DNA of 64,000 nucleotides from an uncultured bacterium (lineage in GTDB: Bacteria; Hydrothermota; UBA3072): assembly GCA_964556365.1 (NCBI GenBank), contig CAZKVT010000008.1, positions 4,826-68,825 on the forward strand, in the 5' to 3' direction. The stretch's first letter is position 1. Every line of letters begins with the position of its first letter. A program made the translations under genes and the position numbers. Of this stretch, positions 63,010 to 64,000 are shown one piece after another. Below the pieces are notes generated by a model. The model was not told where the DNA came from. It did no database searches and worked only from the letters and a program-made list of their open reading frames with translations.

Positions 63010-63308
63010 GGTCCCAAGAATATAAATTGATACTTAAAAATTTAGTAATATAAAGATAAAAAGTTAACGTATTCATTATAAAAGAAAGGTTAATAAGTCA
63101 ACAATAAAAGTCAAGGTTAACAAAAGTCAATTTTGTAAACGAATTGTAAAAAGATGTTTAAATTTGTGGCAATTTTCAAGTTTGCCTAATTGGTAAATAG
63201 TAAATCCTTGACTATTCTTAATTCTTTTGCAAAATAATATAAATAAATGAACTTAAATTTTAGGAAGCGATTATGCCTATTATAATTCTAAAAAAACCAG
63301 GTTGACAA

Positions 63309-64000
63309 ATGGCTGAAATAATAGATTTAACAGGTTATTTAATCTATGAATTCGAGGGCTTAAAAAGAAAACCCCTTAAAGGCAAATATACAGCAGAAAC
63401 CTTATCTAAAGTATTCATTCAAGAATGGGTTCCATACATAGAATGCCATGAATGCGGGAGATCTGACTATTGTAAATATGCTAAACCACACCCCCGTTTT
63501 CCTGGAAAAATGATAGAAATTAAATGTGGTATTGTAGAGAAAGCCATTTCAAATTTTGTTAGTAATACTTTTAATCTATTAAAAGATATGAACTCAGAGC
63601 AAATACAAAATTATATTGATGGCGCTTTTTATTTCTCTAATTTTATATATGCAGCAGAATTGTCTATAGGGAATTGCATTAATGACGATATTCTTGAACA
63701 CTTTAAAGAAACTTCACCCTCTATTTTTGGACATGTGGTTGCTTTAAGGGAAAAATTAAATGCCCTAGCAAGTGTTCTTCGCACTATTCCAAAATTCCGG
63801 ATATTCAAAGGTATTTTATTGGTAGAGGGATATTCTGAAAAAACATTTCTTGAAGAATTACGAGAAGCTCATTTTTATTGGACTCTTGAACCTACTGTCG
63901 AAGTATATGGTGGAAGGGGGGGAAAACGATTAAAAAGGATAGGAATGTTAGCTCGTAAGTATAAAGAACAAGGATATAAAATATATATTCAAGGTGACGC
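63309..64000 (+). CDS. Toprim-like domain protein with N-terminal Cys/His cluster (partial, runs off the right edge)
   Basis: Open from ATG 63309 to the window end; CHECGRSDYCKYAKPHP...KCG; FKGILLVEGYSEKTFLEEL ... GYKIYIQGD resembles the Toprim E...DxD layout. Confidence 0.4.
   Translation, partial: MAEIIDLTGYLIYEFEGLKRKPLKGKYTAETLSKVFIQEWVPYIECHECGRSDYCKYAKPHPRFPGKMIEIKCGIVEKAISNFVSNTFNLLKDMNSEQIQNYIDGAFYFSNFIYAAELSIGNCINDDILEHFKETSPSIFGHVVALREKLNALASVLRTIPKFRIFKGILLVEGYSEKTFLEELREAHFYWTLEPTVEVYGGRGGKRLKRIGMLARKYKEQGYKIYIQGD

Larger units (their letters stand above)
59903..64000. mobile_element. left part of a putative integrative island inserted next to tRNA-Gln
   Basis: tRNA flank, abrupt compositional anomaly, serine recombinase, nuclease-type cargo; the right boundary is not in the window. 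Confidence 0.5.

Overview
Low-GC (about one third G+C by eye) bacterial chromosome segment, mostly dense housekeeping operons. Recognisable genes include pyrG, rpsA, ispH, plsC, cmk, der, plsY, trxB, scpA, recJ, rodA, rpsT, nusB, pckG and an FMN-riboswitch-controlled ribD-ribE-ribBA-ribH operon. There are five tRNAs (Leu, Cys, Gly, Glu, Gln), two two-component modules plus a sigma-54-type activator, and ExbB/ExbD/TonB. Also present are anaerobe-type redox genes (ferredoxin, flavodiiron FprA) and a secreted repeat protein with a T9SS-like C-terminal domain. That domain together with BatA/DUF58 genes hints at an FCB-like or candidate-phylum organism, but this is inference only. Promoters are unusually legible (cCTTGACA-N16/17-TAnAAT). 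Five things stand out. (1) The right end (from 59.9 kb) looks like an integrative island next to tRNA-Gln. It carries a large serine recombinase translationally coupled to an ApeA-like HEPN protein, plus a divergent Toprim-like gene cut by the window edge. The recombinase ORF has no stop of its own and runs through a 70% G+C hairpin-rich segment and the antisense of the tRNA. (2) Nearly every longer intergenic region is built from shuffled modules of degenerate 7-9 nt tandem arrays, with near-identical 19-37 nt blocks shared between loci. (3) A four-helix-bundle (23S-IVS-type) gene sits between inverted GTTAGG/CCTAAC 8-mer arrays that also occur twice as cargo-less versions. (4) A 52.6-56.9 kb envelope cluster (LolA-like, oversized YidD-like, two TPR-membrane proteins) is bracketed by a duplicated promoter plus a Cys-tailed membrane protein gene. 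(5) A thiol-redox operon ends in an unlisted 46-codon CxxC membrane ORF and a polyferredoxin membrane protein. All functional calls rest on motif recognition by eye; no database search was run.
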